From positions 49,702,788 through 49,766,787 of the forward strand of contig CM120640.1 in assembly GCA_051362555.1 (NCBI GenBank): DNA of 64,000 nt, given 5' to 3'. Made by a program: the position numbers and the translations under genes. Positions 48,778 to 59,999 of this stretch are shown in pieces; position 1 is the stretch's first letter; each line of letters opens with the position of its first letter. Source of the stretch: Lingula anatina (lineage: Eukaryota; Animalia; Brachiopoda). The notes beneath the pieces were generated by a model, which did not search any database, was not told the DNA's origin, and saw nothing but the letters and a program-made list of their open reading frames with translations.

Positions 48778-51700
48778 TTATGAGGGCAGGTTGAGATCCC
48801 GTATTCTTTTATAAACTGATATGATCTGTTCTTCTGCCTGCTCCCACCTTTTTGCCTCTGATATAACATCCATCAGCGATAACAGTTCATCTTTGATATC
48901 CTGAAAGCAGAATGACATCACTTTTATCAATCGTGTATTACTAGTATAGTTAACAATTATCAATAATATGAATGCAAGGCCTTGGAATTACAACTACAAA
49001 TTGAACAAGCTGTGTTAAGTCTGCTTACTTTCCATTTTTTGAGTTAACTTTATATACATACCTAAAATATAACTTGCAGTTTCAATTTATACCAATCAAG
49101 CTGTAATTTAGACAATTTGTAAATATGCAGAACAACCAACCTGGATCTTAAACAAAATTTTTCTCAACTCTGCTGTTGGTACACCTGCTTGGCCAATGAT
49201 GGGACCTTTGTTCTACAACATAAAGAAAGTTGATCCTTTATTACAAAGATTATTACCTTATTCTTTAAGAATATCATGTACAGTTAGATTGTGATGTCTT
49301 ATTACATTTTGTTACAAAGACTAGTTACATATAATTTTTGTCACTTTTGATTTCATTTCTACAATTTGGCAGCTTTCAAATTCATAACAGCTGTAACAGC
49401 TGCATGCATGTCTGATCACCTATTTTTTTTTAAACGCCATAATTTTTACCTGCAATCTGACAAGGAGAGCTGCTCTCATCTTGCACAGAGTGGGTAAATC
49501 AGTTGTCTGTATGGTCACTTGATATCTTTCTGTCCCCGACTCTTCAGTCTCCTGTACTGTGAGGGTTCCAGTGTGACAGTCGGGAGTTACAAACCCCACC
49601 TGAGGTTGATCAATTGTTTTCAGATCTATATTGCTGTCCCTTAGTAGGTGCCAAAGTAATTGCATGCATTCTGAACCTGAAAATGAATTCTTGCAGTGAA
49701 AAAGTTTTCTTTAAGTATGCTGTGTGCAGCAACAAAAAATCTGTTTCTATATCAAACCTTAAAAGAACTCAAGAATTCCATTTTTTTTCCTTAAAAACCT
49801 TTAAAACTATCAAAAGGTTTCATCCAAGCAAATTACACTATTGCATGTGCCAACTGATCTCACTTCTCTCATTAAGCTATGTCCATCAGATCTTTTAGTC
49901 TGCACCTTTGTTAGTTATGCTTCATGACAAATAAATTTAGTACAAATAAAATATGTGGTGTGGTACCTTTTGTTATTGGACTCTCATTTCCATCCAGCAA
50001 TTGATTTAATTCACTTCTTGGCACAGTCAATGTGTTTGAATGGTTTTGGCTAAAATAACTGCCCACATGAGTAGCACAGTCATGTGAGAATGGACGGTTT
50101 CCAGCCATACATTTCAAAATATGATGCCATTCACAATCCCTTCCATGCAGTCGAGACTTAAAACTTGGCAGTAAACTGCAATTCTGCATGAAATGTACTA
50201 TATCAAGTGACACCTCTGGTAAAGGCACTGTAATTGTTTTCTCTTTTAAGTTCGAGACAGATTTTTTGAGATTCACTTGTTTTGACAATACCTCTACATT
50301 TGGCACTTCATAGATTAAGCAAGGACTGACAGTTAATGGTAACCAATTCAGAAATTGATCACATAATTTCAAAGTCAATGTCACAAATCCACATTTTACA
50401 AATTCATTCAGTGATACTGCTTTTGTATCCAATGGGACATCTGACCGTTGATTTTCACTCTTGACCATCACAATGAAAGTCCAGCCCCTATGCATAACTA
50501 AATTACTTTGATTTCTCAATGTACATTCTACTTTGTGCTGAACAAATAAGCCACTGTCACAATTCTTTGCTCTTATATCGCAAGTTAATACTGATGAGAG
50601 TCCAGTGACAATATGGGCAGCTAGGTTAAGCTGTGATAATATACTTGTTTGTTCCCTCTGGAGCACCTGCCCCTCTTTGGATTTTTCATACATGGAGTCA
50701 ATCCTAGGAAGAAGTTCTCTAACAGATTGTCGATTTTCAGGTTGTATCTTATGCCTTGTCTGGGTACACAAAGAGACGGGTAAAAGCTGTCCTTTAAGTC
50801 TTACTCCGACCACTGAGGTTTCCTCACCTTGAGAGTCTTAATTTGAAAAAAAAAAAAAAAAAAAAAAAAAAAACATTAGAGTCAACCTTAATAAATATAC
50901 TGAATTAATATCCATTGAATTAAATTTCATCAAAATTTCTTACGTCGTTTCATAAAAAAACGAAAACTATTTCATATTAAAAAATCAAATCATATCCAAC
51001 CATATTCACAAAATTGGCCTGAAATGTTTTATCCGGCCATCTATGAAGTCAAAGGGAAGTTTAAATCAACAATCAACATCATATAACTATAAAATCAAAA
51101 TCAAGTGATGCAATTAATTACACACAGGTGATATATATATATACCTCATTTACCACTTCGTAAAACTACATATGGCAGCTTACTTATACATGCAAGTCCA
51201 GTTATTCCCCAATAAGGGAGCCTTTTACAACTGCTCACACAAATGTCTTTAACCGACACCATAAATGTGTCCTTGTAAGTGGAAAAGATTAGGTTGCCTT
51301 TATGAACACAGCAACATACAACTGGTCCTGGAATAACATGCTCTGTGAAGGTTGGCATACCATTTTCTCCTGGTTGGACAGACACTACTTGGCCACAACA
51401 ACCTATCAAAAGAGAAGGTTTCATTATGGAAGAATACCATAGGCAGGAAAAATGACAATTCATTCCAAAACAAAGGTTCCTTTCTGTATCATGCTGAATT
51501 TACTTACATTTTCAGTACAACAGAATATCAACTATTGAGTACTACTCAAAGTATGCCCTACTCTAAGACACCAATTATCAATAACAAGTGTCAATTAAAT
51601 ACATGTATATGTTGGCTGAGTTTTGATAAGCTCAATGAAAAGTTAATAAGAAGTGACCCTTTGTTAAGATTTAACAGTGAGGCACCGACCTATTAAAAGC

Positions 51701-52503
51701 AAAGCAGATTCTCTTCCATCTTCTTCCGACCCCTTGTCTCTTTCCACAAAACATACTGAGGTGACTGCTTCACCAAGATCATACAATAGCCAGCAATGCT
51801 TTGTGATCTTATAATCATGGCCTGACTGACCCTTTGTCGGTACAGCATACACATGTCCACTTGGAAGGCAGAGAAGAACCACAGGGGCATTGCACATATT
51901 AAGGTCCAGTCCAAACAACTGGCTATATAATACTGAAGACACTGTTACATCAGCTTCTGTTAGGACTGACTGTGATGACTCTGGATAGATAACATAGCAG
52001 TTCACTTTATCACTCAAATGGTTCTGTCCTGTTGGGATGGCACGTAACGACTCTACAAATATTGGAGTAACTGCCACTAAGACCTTCTCTGGTTTCATAA
52101 GGTCTTGTTGCAAAAAGAAATGTATGTGGTAGCTCCAAAACCTGTGTGTTATAATAATAACAATATTATTTACAGCCCTTATGCATGCCACACCTTCTAT
52201 TTGGTGAACTCTACAGTCTTGGGCCACTGTAACTACTGACGAGGATGAGGGTAGGACTAAGTCCTCATCTGTTTCTTCTACCAATAATTCCTTGAATATG
52301 TCACCATTTGAAGACTCAAGGCTTTGAGACCCTTTACTTGCAGAGCTTCTGTTGAAAAGAAAAAGTGAGAAACAATTGTAAATTCTACATTCTCTGAAAT
52401 TTTCTTAACTCCAAGTACTAGTAACCCAAATAAGTTCATATACTAATTACATAGGTTTCTTTTAAAACATTTATTTCACTTAACACACCTATCATTATTA
52501 CTT

Positions 52504-52598
<95 letters not shown>

Positions 52599-53210
52599 GT
52601 ATAATGACTACAATAAATGTGCTTTGTTGTTTATGTAAAATTATAATAAGAAGGAGATTTCCAAATAGTCCCTTAAAAATCAATGTAAAATTCTATTAAA
52701 ATTAGCGTAATGCATATATCAAGTACCTTACTTTAACAAAATTTCTTGCATTTGTATTCTGTATATGCTGCCGTCCTCTGTTGCAAATAGCACATGCTTT
52801 TGCCCCGAATACTCAATGCCACACATATCCACAATGTCAACAGGTGGTTCCACATTTACGCGAAATCTTGCCTAAGTTGGAGAAAGAGTAAACAAGAAGC
52901 AACTATTACAGAAGGGTTTTTAATGTAGGATGATGCCGCTGCTGAAGAAGTATACAATATTTCAATCAGATGATCAAACTAAAAACGTTAGTTCTACAGC
53001 CTAGCTGTGTAGGGTAAATTGTGATTATTTAGCTAACGATAAAGCGTCTTTGAGAGCACATACTTGTCTCAAATGTGTTCTGGTGTAATACGACAATACG
53101 TGTCTATTCCAATGAAAAATACTTGTTTCGCTATCTGACCACATCAATGATCGTGAACAGAAACATTTGTTTCGAAAAACTTCCCCTGCCGGGTTTGAGC
53201 TACCCGCCAT
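48778..53210 (-). CDS. FAAP100: Fanconi anemia core complex-associated protein 100, ~828 aa
   Basis: Exons 53210-53064, 52871-52732, 52348-51690, 51402-51154, 50836-49967, 49676-49450, 49212-49141, 48900-48778 (2487 nt, in frame). LYSQLFGLDLNMCNAPVVLLCLPSGHV, LLYDLGEAV, IPGPVVC, VTIQTTDLPTLCKMRAALLVRLQ and IISVYKRIR resemble FAAP100 (LFGADATLLQSPVVLCGLPDG, VESSSLADICRAHHAVVGRMQ, VYRQLR). Confidence 0.82.
52507..52600. repeat. (AT)n microsatellite in FAAP100 intron 2
   Basis: Directly visible, about 45 units. Confidence 0.95.
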
Positions 53211-53237
53211 TTTTATTCCCAGGTTTCGACTTCCGGT
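53204..53237 (-). promoter_or_regulatory. Housekeeping promoter motifs of FAAP100: ETS/GABP site and a YY1-like site over the ATG
   Basis: ACCGGAAGT (minus strand, 53229-53237) and AAAATGGCGG spanning the start codon. Confidence 0.5.
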
Positions 53238-53990
53238 AGAGTCTATACATGAGCTCGGCGCGTCATTGGATACCGGTTTGCTTGGTTGAGGGTTGATGAG
53301 AAGGGGAGCAGGGGAAGGGTGTGGAGTATTGAATCCAGGGGACGTCAAAAGTATAACTTGTGAGTGTAAGGAGAATTTTGAGGAGAAGTCAACTGGTCCA
53401 AAAATCATGGATAGGATACCTAAAATCGTGTTAAACTGACAAGAAAGAAATGGTGAAGTGGGTCCCTACATACTGTAGGCCTACATACATTGTAGGCTTA
53501 CATGAAGGCAATATATTCAAAGTAGTTCTATTTCTTTTTCTTTCAAATTAAATACGTTTTATGATTTAGCTCCATTGTCACCATAGAAAATAATTATATT
53601 GCAACAATATGTAATGACTACTATGGCAGATTCATTTTTTTTTCTTCAATTTGAAGTATTTTATCCAATAGGCCTACTTTAAGCAAATGTACAGGTATAA
53701 AACACGTTAATTTTAACAAACATGCTTATCACAATTCTTTATTTATTAAAACATATGGAAAAGAACGTAGGCCTAACGCAAAATTTAAAGAAATGAAATA
53801 TAAAATTATTACGTTTACCCTACTTGTCTCAAATGAATGCAAGTTATACAACCTGCAAATTAAATAATGGTTCTTTATGGGTTATGAACAATGGTGTTGC
53901 ACAATATTGGTGTGTTAAAATCTACTTAAAAATAAATTAAAAAATTAATATAAAGTTCATTCGTCAAAGGCTTGTCAGTTGATTTTTTTA

Positions 53991-54158
53991 TTAGTCCACA
54001 TGTTCCACAGGTGGTCCTCCCTCTGGTCCTCCCCTAGACAGCTCACTTTCTCCTCTCTGGCTGCACCATGAATCTTTGCAATGAGTGAAGACACCTCTCC
54101 GTCTTTAAGCTGGTATTCAAACTCCTCTTTTGTCTGTCAATAATTTGTCATCCAGTCA
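53991..54158 (-). pseudogene. Hsp70 C-terminal fragment (decayed)
   Basis: With two frameshifts the minus strand reads (W*)LDDKLLTDK-EEFEYQLKDGEVSSLIAKIHGAA-GESELSRGGPEGGPPVEHVD*. This resembles the inducible Hsp70 tail WLDNN.LA(D/E)KEE(F/Y)E..LKE...CS.I..KLHG...GPTVEEVD*. Confidence 0.6.
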
Positions 54159-54905
54159 TCATTTTATACAGTTATAAATGTCAGAATGATGATGATGCAA
54201 TTTCCATTGTTAATCAGCATAATGCCAAGTTAGATAATATGAATCAATTATCCATTTCGATATACCAGTTAAGATTCCAAAGTCCCAAAAAAAAAAAAAA
54301 AAACATTAAAATAGAATGCAGGAGATCAAGGTAACATCATAAATTTGGCAAGTGCACTTACTCACGTACGCTCGTCTACTTAATATCAGTAAAACAATTT
54401 ATAATCAATGATTTATCCACAATCATATGGATTGTGGTTTGTGTATTAACGAACACGTAACGAAATACCGGAATAGGCCAAACATTCTTAGAATCGATCC
54501 TTTATCGCTAATAGTACTAGTCACTGTTAGACACTAGCTGTTTTATAAGTAACTTAGCTCAATGAAAAATAATTTGAAATGTTCGACTCTTATCTAGAGA
54601 AACAGCTTGTCCTTGCACTACAGTTCTTTGAAAATGTCGCGTGGCCTATCATTTGTAACCGTAGGCCTTCAAGAAAATACTTATTTGATCCCTTCTACAA
54701 GTATAGTAGTACTGCGCTAGTAGATATCGCCCGATCACAAAAAGCACCTTATAAAGTGCTTAAACTAGACCTGCTTTATTTTCAATTAAATTTTTCATTC
54801 TTTTATGTTTCTTGATAAATATTCAATCATCCAATATTCGACGATCCAATCGCACAAATTCCCGCACCACCAAAGGTGTTTAAACAATTGTGACATAAAA
54901 AGTGT

Positions 54906-56760
54906 TCATAGCTTTTCAAAAAAACTTTGTGGACGGAGCATGAAGTCGCTGATTTTCTTGACCGCTATGTCCAGTTCTCTGCAGTCTTTGTCCTGAAGAA
55001 GGTTGACTGCAGGGTTAAAGTACATAGGTAGACGGCGAGCTTGTGCTGCCTTTTTCACTCGTTCTATCATGCTGGTGACGCGGACACTTAGTTTGTCAAC
55101 TGACCAGTCTTCACTGGAAGGGCTGTCTTCACACTCCCAGAATAAGATATTCTGAAATAATAATAATCGTGATTAATTGAACAGCAGAACCTATTTTACA
55201 TGTTTACACCATTATAAATTTTATACGTGTTTATTTCTTATTTACGAGTATAAAGACGTGCAAATGAGTGGGTTTGCATGAGGAAGAGGCCAGGGGTTCT
55301 GTAAACTGTTCACCGTCATTGTTCTTTTACTATTTTGAAGAGAACACAGTAAATGGCGTGTATTTCATAACCTGTTTAGAACTTCACATTATACCTTCAG
55401 ACAGTAGGATGTGATAACACGCCTGGTCGTATCACACCACACATCTTCATTAAGTTTCTTCATAATGCGGTGGGACTTCTTACGACATCCACCGTCACTG
55501 TCAATGTTTTCTATCAGTTTCTTTTCTGCTTTCACGAAGGAAATCGCCCAGTCGAAGTTCTTTTTCGCAACTGTCTGCACTCCCATCCTGCGTATGTCGT
55601 CTGCTTTTGCTGGAGAGGGCCATTTTGTATTTCGACGAGGCCATTGTATGTTTGATGGGAAGGGTGTATATCCTTCTTCCATTACTGAGAAGTCAACACT
55701 GATAGGAAAATGACCATCCACTGTGATGCGAACTGATAGTGCGGGGCCATTTACCCGTTTAATCTTTTTCACGATGTCTGAAAACAATAGATCATAGATG
55801 CATATAATATTTCGTGTAATTAACCTAAACATTTTATCTGCAGACTGCGCACTGTAAAACATAATTAGAGAATGATTTCATCAACTGTATAGTGTACTCA
55901 TTTCATTCACTAAACAGCTAATAGTAAAAACGCTGTTTACCTGGAACATTCGCGGAATCGCCTACACAACATTTTTAATATTAGCTATTGATTTAAGTAA
56001 AATATGCTTTATACTCAAAACATAACGATGTTTTGTCGTTTTATAACGGCACAAATTTCACGGTAGGAATTCTTTTCGTGAATGTATAACAAGTGATAGT
56101 TAGTCCTTATTCTCAACACCGATCAAAGTTTCTTTCTAATTCGAAGAATATGTTTTTCCCAACATGGGTTTTAGCATGAAAATGTAAAAGCTGCAACACA
56201 AATACGGAGAGAGAGAGAGAAAGAGATAGCCTACCTTGTAAACCTAAGTCGCGGATTGCATCCACGAGTAGCTCTTGGAACTTCCATTTGACCAAAATTG
56301 GAACAATGTGTCCATCCACGATCATGTCGCTGGAATTTATCCATATAGGATATGTTGGACTGCTTAGATGGATACAGCAATATCCTGGCTGTGGGGGCGG
56401 AAGACTTACGGCTTTGGAGACGACTTTCACGTCAGACGAAATGCTTTCTGCAGGATCAGGTACTGGTATGTTTAAGTCAAAGTATCGAGGCGTATGTTGA
56501 CTCCAATTCCATCGTGTTGGTAGAGCACACAGGGGCACGCTTATGTCAAACTCATCTGCTCTGTCAACCTTCAGATTTTGCCAGTAACTGCCGGCTTTGA
56601 AGGACTCTCCACTGAAACGCTCATCATCTCTTTTGATCTTTTTCAGAATCTGGTTAATGACAGGCATAACTATTTCCACCGATCTCTTTGTCTCTTCACG
56701 ATTCATTTGAACACATTTGTGGAAATAGGCTTCCAGAACATCATTCGTAAGATCCATCAT
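54906..56760 (-). CDS. cGAS-like receptor A (cGLR, Mab-21/cGAS nucleotidyltransferase), 384 aa
   Basis: Exons 56760-56235, 55777-55395, 55151-54906. Motifs: GSYWQNLKVDRADEFD (GS loop and E-x-D), NGPAL, ISVDFS (third acid), WAISFVKAEKKLI, CRKKSHRIMK, TSYCLKNILFWEC, DW...L, LPMYFNPAVNLL. Colinear with the cGAS NTase and helical lobes, no Zn thumb. Confidence 0.93.
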
Positions 56761-56810
56761 TTCTGTCGTGTGCGTGTCCAATTTCTAGCTAGTACGTACG
56801 CTATCGCATG

Positions 56811-56990
56811 TATATATATATACACCGAGGCTATCTTCTCTAACATAAGAATACAACGCAGTCTGTCGCCAGTCCTAACAATAGAACCTATTAATGGCAA
56901 GTGGAAAAATTCATACTTTTGCTTTCCGAGTTTTATTTTTCACATTACGATGGGGATTCCCCATGCCAATATAAGCAACGGAACATTCCG
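56811..56990 (-). promoter_or_regulatory. cGLR-A promoter: TATA-like run and clustered NF-kB/Rel-type sites
   Basis: TATATATATATA 56811-56822; GGAAAAATTC ~56903-56912; near-palindromic GGGGATTCCCC 56952-56962; GGAACATTCC ~56980-56989; IRF-like GAAAGCAAAAGT (minus strand) ~56914-56925. Confidence 0.55.
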
Positions 56991-58019
56991 CGTAGTAACC
57001 TCGTTTTCATACACAGACCGCCAAACTTAAATAGATTTTAAATTGATATTTATTTCACTGAAAACTAATATTTGATTTGGCTTCAAATTGTGATAATACA
57101 CCATATACATGTACGGGGTTATTTTCAAGTGATCGCCCTTAAAAAACTAATGGTTCGTAACATAAGTATATGTACATGTAGGTCTCTTAATTCGACAAAA
57201 ATTGAGGAGAAAGGACATTTCAGTTTATTTTTATTCTATTTTTAGTAGACAATTGCAATTTATGTCCTATAGTTTAATTCGTGACGTACCAGACAATTAC
57301 TTTGAATTGACATTTGATGAAATTATTTTAAACAGTCAGTTTTATTTATGGACTCGTTTAAAATCGGTTTTATTGGCATCGCTTTAATTGTGGATAATAT
57401 TTCTATAGAAATATGCTATACTATAATTAAGTGGTGTACATCTGTATCACATAAAAAGCAGCAGAATGTTGTTAAATATTTAACTTTGAATTAGCAAAAG
57501 AGGGCATCATGCCCGGCGCGGTATGCTCAAATAACGGATTATCATACTAGACGAACGCACTTATAGTAGCTTATCAACATGAATCACGTAATGCTCCTGT
57601 ACAATGAAGTGTTGGTGTTTATTTTTTCTTTAAGCAGACTTTTAACATAACTTGCATCTGACGTCGTCGTGTACCTTCCTTGTTAACATTTATAAGAAAA
57701 CTGTCTTAATTTTGTAAAACTTACAAGAATGATATTTAAGACAAATGCAGGTATAGTTCGAAACCCTTAACCATTATACCATCACCTGCATTTGGCGTCG
57801 CCTTCACCACCATGCACTTTCGTATAAAAACTACCCTGCTTGAATTTTTCTGGCAGTAATTCTTTCTTGAAGTTATTATTTTATTATTTATTCATTTATC
57901 GTAGTGATTATTATTTCGAATTTTCATTTTTTAAAACATTGGCACACATTTCAAAGAATAATCTAGAAGTCTTAGAAACCTCGTCGCCTTCGTCCGTGCT
58001 TTACAAGTTAAGAATGATA

Positions 58020-59028
58020 TTATTTTGAAATAGGAAGCACCCCTCTTTTCATAAAAGACTTGTCTGGACACTTCATAAAATCGCTGATTTTCTTGACCGC
58101 TATGTCCAGTTCTCTGCAGTCTTTGTCCTGAAGAAGGTTGACTGCAGGGTTAAAGTACATAGGTAGACTGCGAGCTTGTGCTGCCTTTTTCACACGTTCT
58201 ATCATGCTAGTGACGCGGACACTTAGTTTGTCAACTGACCAGTCTTCACTGTAAGGGCTGTCTTCACACTCCCAGAATAAGATATTCTGAAATAAAATTT
58301 AAAAAAAAAACAACACATCACAACTTATTGAACATGTATGTTTCGCCATAAATAAACGTAGCACATGATTACTCCAAATATAATGCATTATAAAGATTAG
58401 TGGGTTTGCATCTGTGAGGAGTGCAGTTTATTATCCACCGCCATTACCTTTTTTGGCGAGATCACCTTAAATGAGGCTTATTTCACAATCTGTTTAGAAC
58501 TTCACATTATACCTTAAGACAGTAGGATGTGATAACACGGCTGGTCGTATCACACCACACATCTTCATTAAGTTTCTTCATGATGCGGTGGGACTTCTTA
58601 CGACATCCACCGTCACTGTCGATGTTTTCTATCAGTTTCTTTTCTGCTTTCAGGAAGGAAATTATCCAATCGAAGTTTTTCTTCGCAACTGTCTGCACTC
58701 CAGTCCCGCGGATGTCTACTACCTTTTCTAGGGAGGGCCACTTTGCATTGCGATGGGGCCACTGTATTTCTGATGGGAAAGGTAGAAACGCTTCGGTTAT
58801 CACCGAGAAATCTACGTCAATACAGAAATGGCCCTGCTGTGCAATACGGATTGTAAGCGCCGGTCCATTTACTCGTCCTCTCATGCTCACGGTCTCTAGA
58901 ACAATTAAAAAAAATTAAAGATTGATTAGGATAGCTATTCCCTCTTATATCAAAATGAAACCAAAAAATATTATAATTTGAAATAATAGAATTGGGAAAT
59001 AAAATTTCGCCTCTCTCTCTTCTTCAAG

Positions 59029-59071
<43 letters not shown>

Positions 59072-59608
59072 TGACTCACTTTGCAAATTCAAATCACGAA
59101 TCGCTTCGTTTAGAAGCCCATGAAATTGCTTTTTGACCAAAAATGGGACGAGGTAACCGTCAAAGGTCATGTTTGTCAAGTTACTCCAACTTGGCATGGG
59201 CGGGCTTTCATTCTCTTGCAGCTTCCAACAACAATATCCTGGTGGTGGACTTGGAAGGCTTCTGGGTCCCCTGATTATTTGCAAATCGTAGGGGATGCTT
59301 TTCAGCGGGTCATCGACATCGCGATCGAATCCAAAGCATCGCAGAGGGTCGCTGCATCGCGAAGACGTTTCTGGCAGGGACAGGATGACGCTAACATCAA
59401 ACTCATCAGCTCTTTCAACCTTAAGATTTTGCCAATGACTTCCAGCATAGACAGGCTGCACAGTGAAACGGGAGTCCTTTTTCTTGATTTCCCTCAAAAT
59501 TTTATCAATGACTGGCATAACAATTCCCACCGATTTTTTTGTTTCATCGCATTTCATTTGGACATGGTTGCGGAAATACGTCTCCAGGACTTCATTCTTA
59601 AGAGACAT
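58020..59608 (-). CDS. cGAS-like receptor B (cGLR, Mab-21/cGAS nucleotidyltransferase), 392 aa
   Basis: Exons 59608-59080, 58895-58513, 58286-58020, with the same intron positions and phases as copy A. Motifs: GSHWQNLKVERADEFD, NGPAL, IDVDFS, WIISFLKAEKKLI, TSYCLK, LPMYFNPAVNLL. (GA)n just inside intron 1, as in copy A. Confidence 0.93.
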
Positions 59609-59687
59609 GTTCAATATATCCGACTCGCTCGATTCACCGAATAAAGTTTATCTCCTCGATTGCCACGTAAGCTAGGCCAGACAGGAT

Positions 59688-59773
59688 TGACGTGTTATAC
59701 TCCTATTTTGGGGTTCGGAAAAACCCTACTGAGGATAAAATGTTTGCGGAATACAGAACCTCTGCGCATGCGT
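59688..59773 (-). promoter_or_regulatory. cGLR-B upstream motifs: CRE half-site, Rel/Dorsal-type site, NRF1-like site
   Basis: TGACGT ~59688, GGAAAAACCC (=GGGTTTTTCC) ~59717-59726, TGCGCATGCGT ~59763-59773, all within 170 bp of ATG 59608. Confidence 0.4.
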
Positions 59774-59783
59774 GTGTGAATCG

Positions 59784-59912
59784 GGGGGCCTCTCGATAGT
59801 CCAAAGGGTTGATTGGTCTTAATTAGGTCGTTACATTTTCATCGGTTTTTCAATGAAGGGTTCATCGGTCCGAAGGTTCTATAGTGAACCATCGGACTAT
59901 TGCTGCGGCCCC
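59784..59912 (-). mobile_element. Modular foldback MITE, family B copy 1 (older)
   Basis: GGGGGCCTCTCGATAGTCC...GGACTATTGCTGCGGCCCC, a reverse-oriented diverged homologue of 60312-60485. No TSD visible. Confidence 0.75.
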
Positions 59913-59999
59913 TTTCAGTCACATGTATGATGCCTATATCTTACAGCTGTAGTTGGAGGCCATGAATTTCTACAAAATATTGTTTAGTGGAATTTTATA

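Noticed and set aside
52498-52699. YIYIYI ORFs on both strands
   Set aside because: Translation of an (AT)n microsatellite.
56761-56781. ORF-track starts at 56781 (and 59614) for the cGLRs
   Set aside because: Those are TTG codons. The first in-frame ATGs are at 56760 and 59608 and align with each other.
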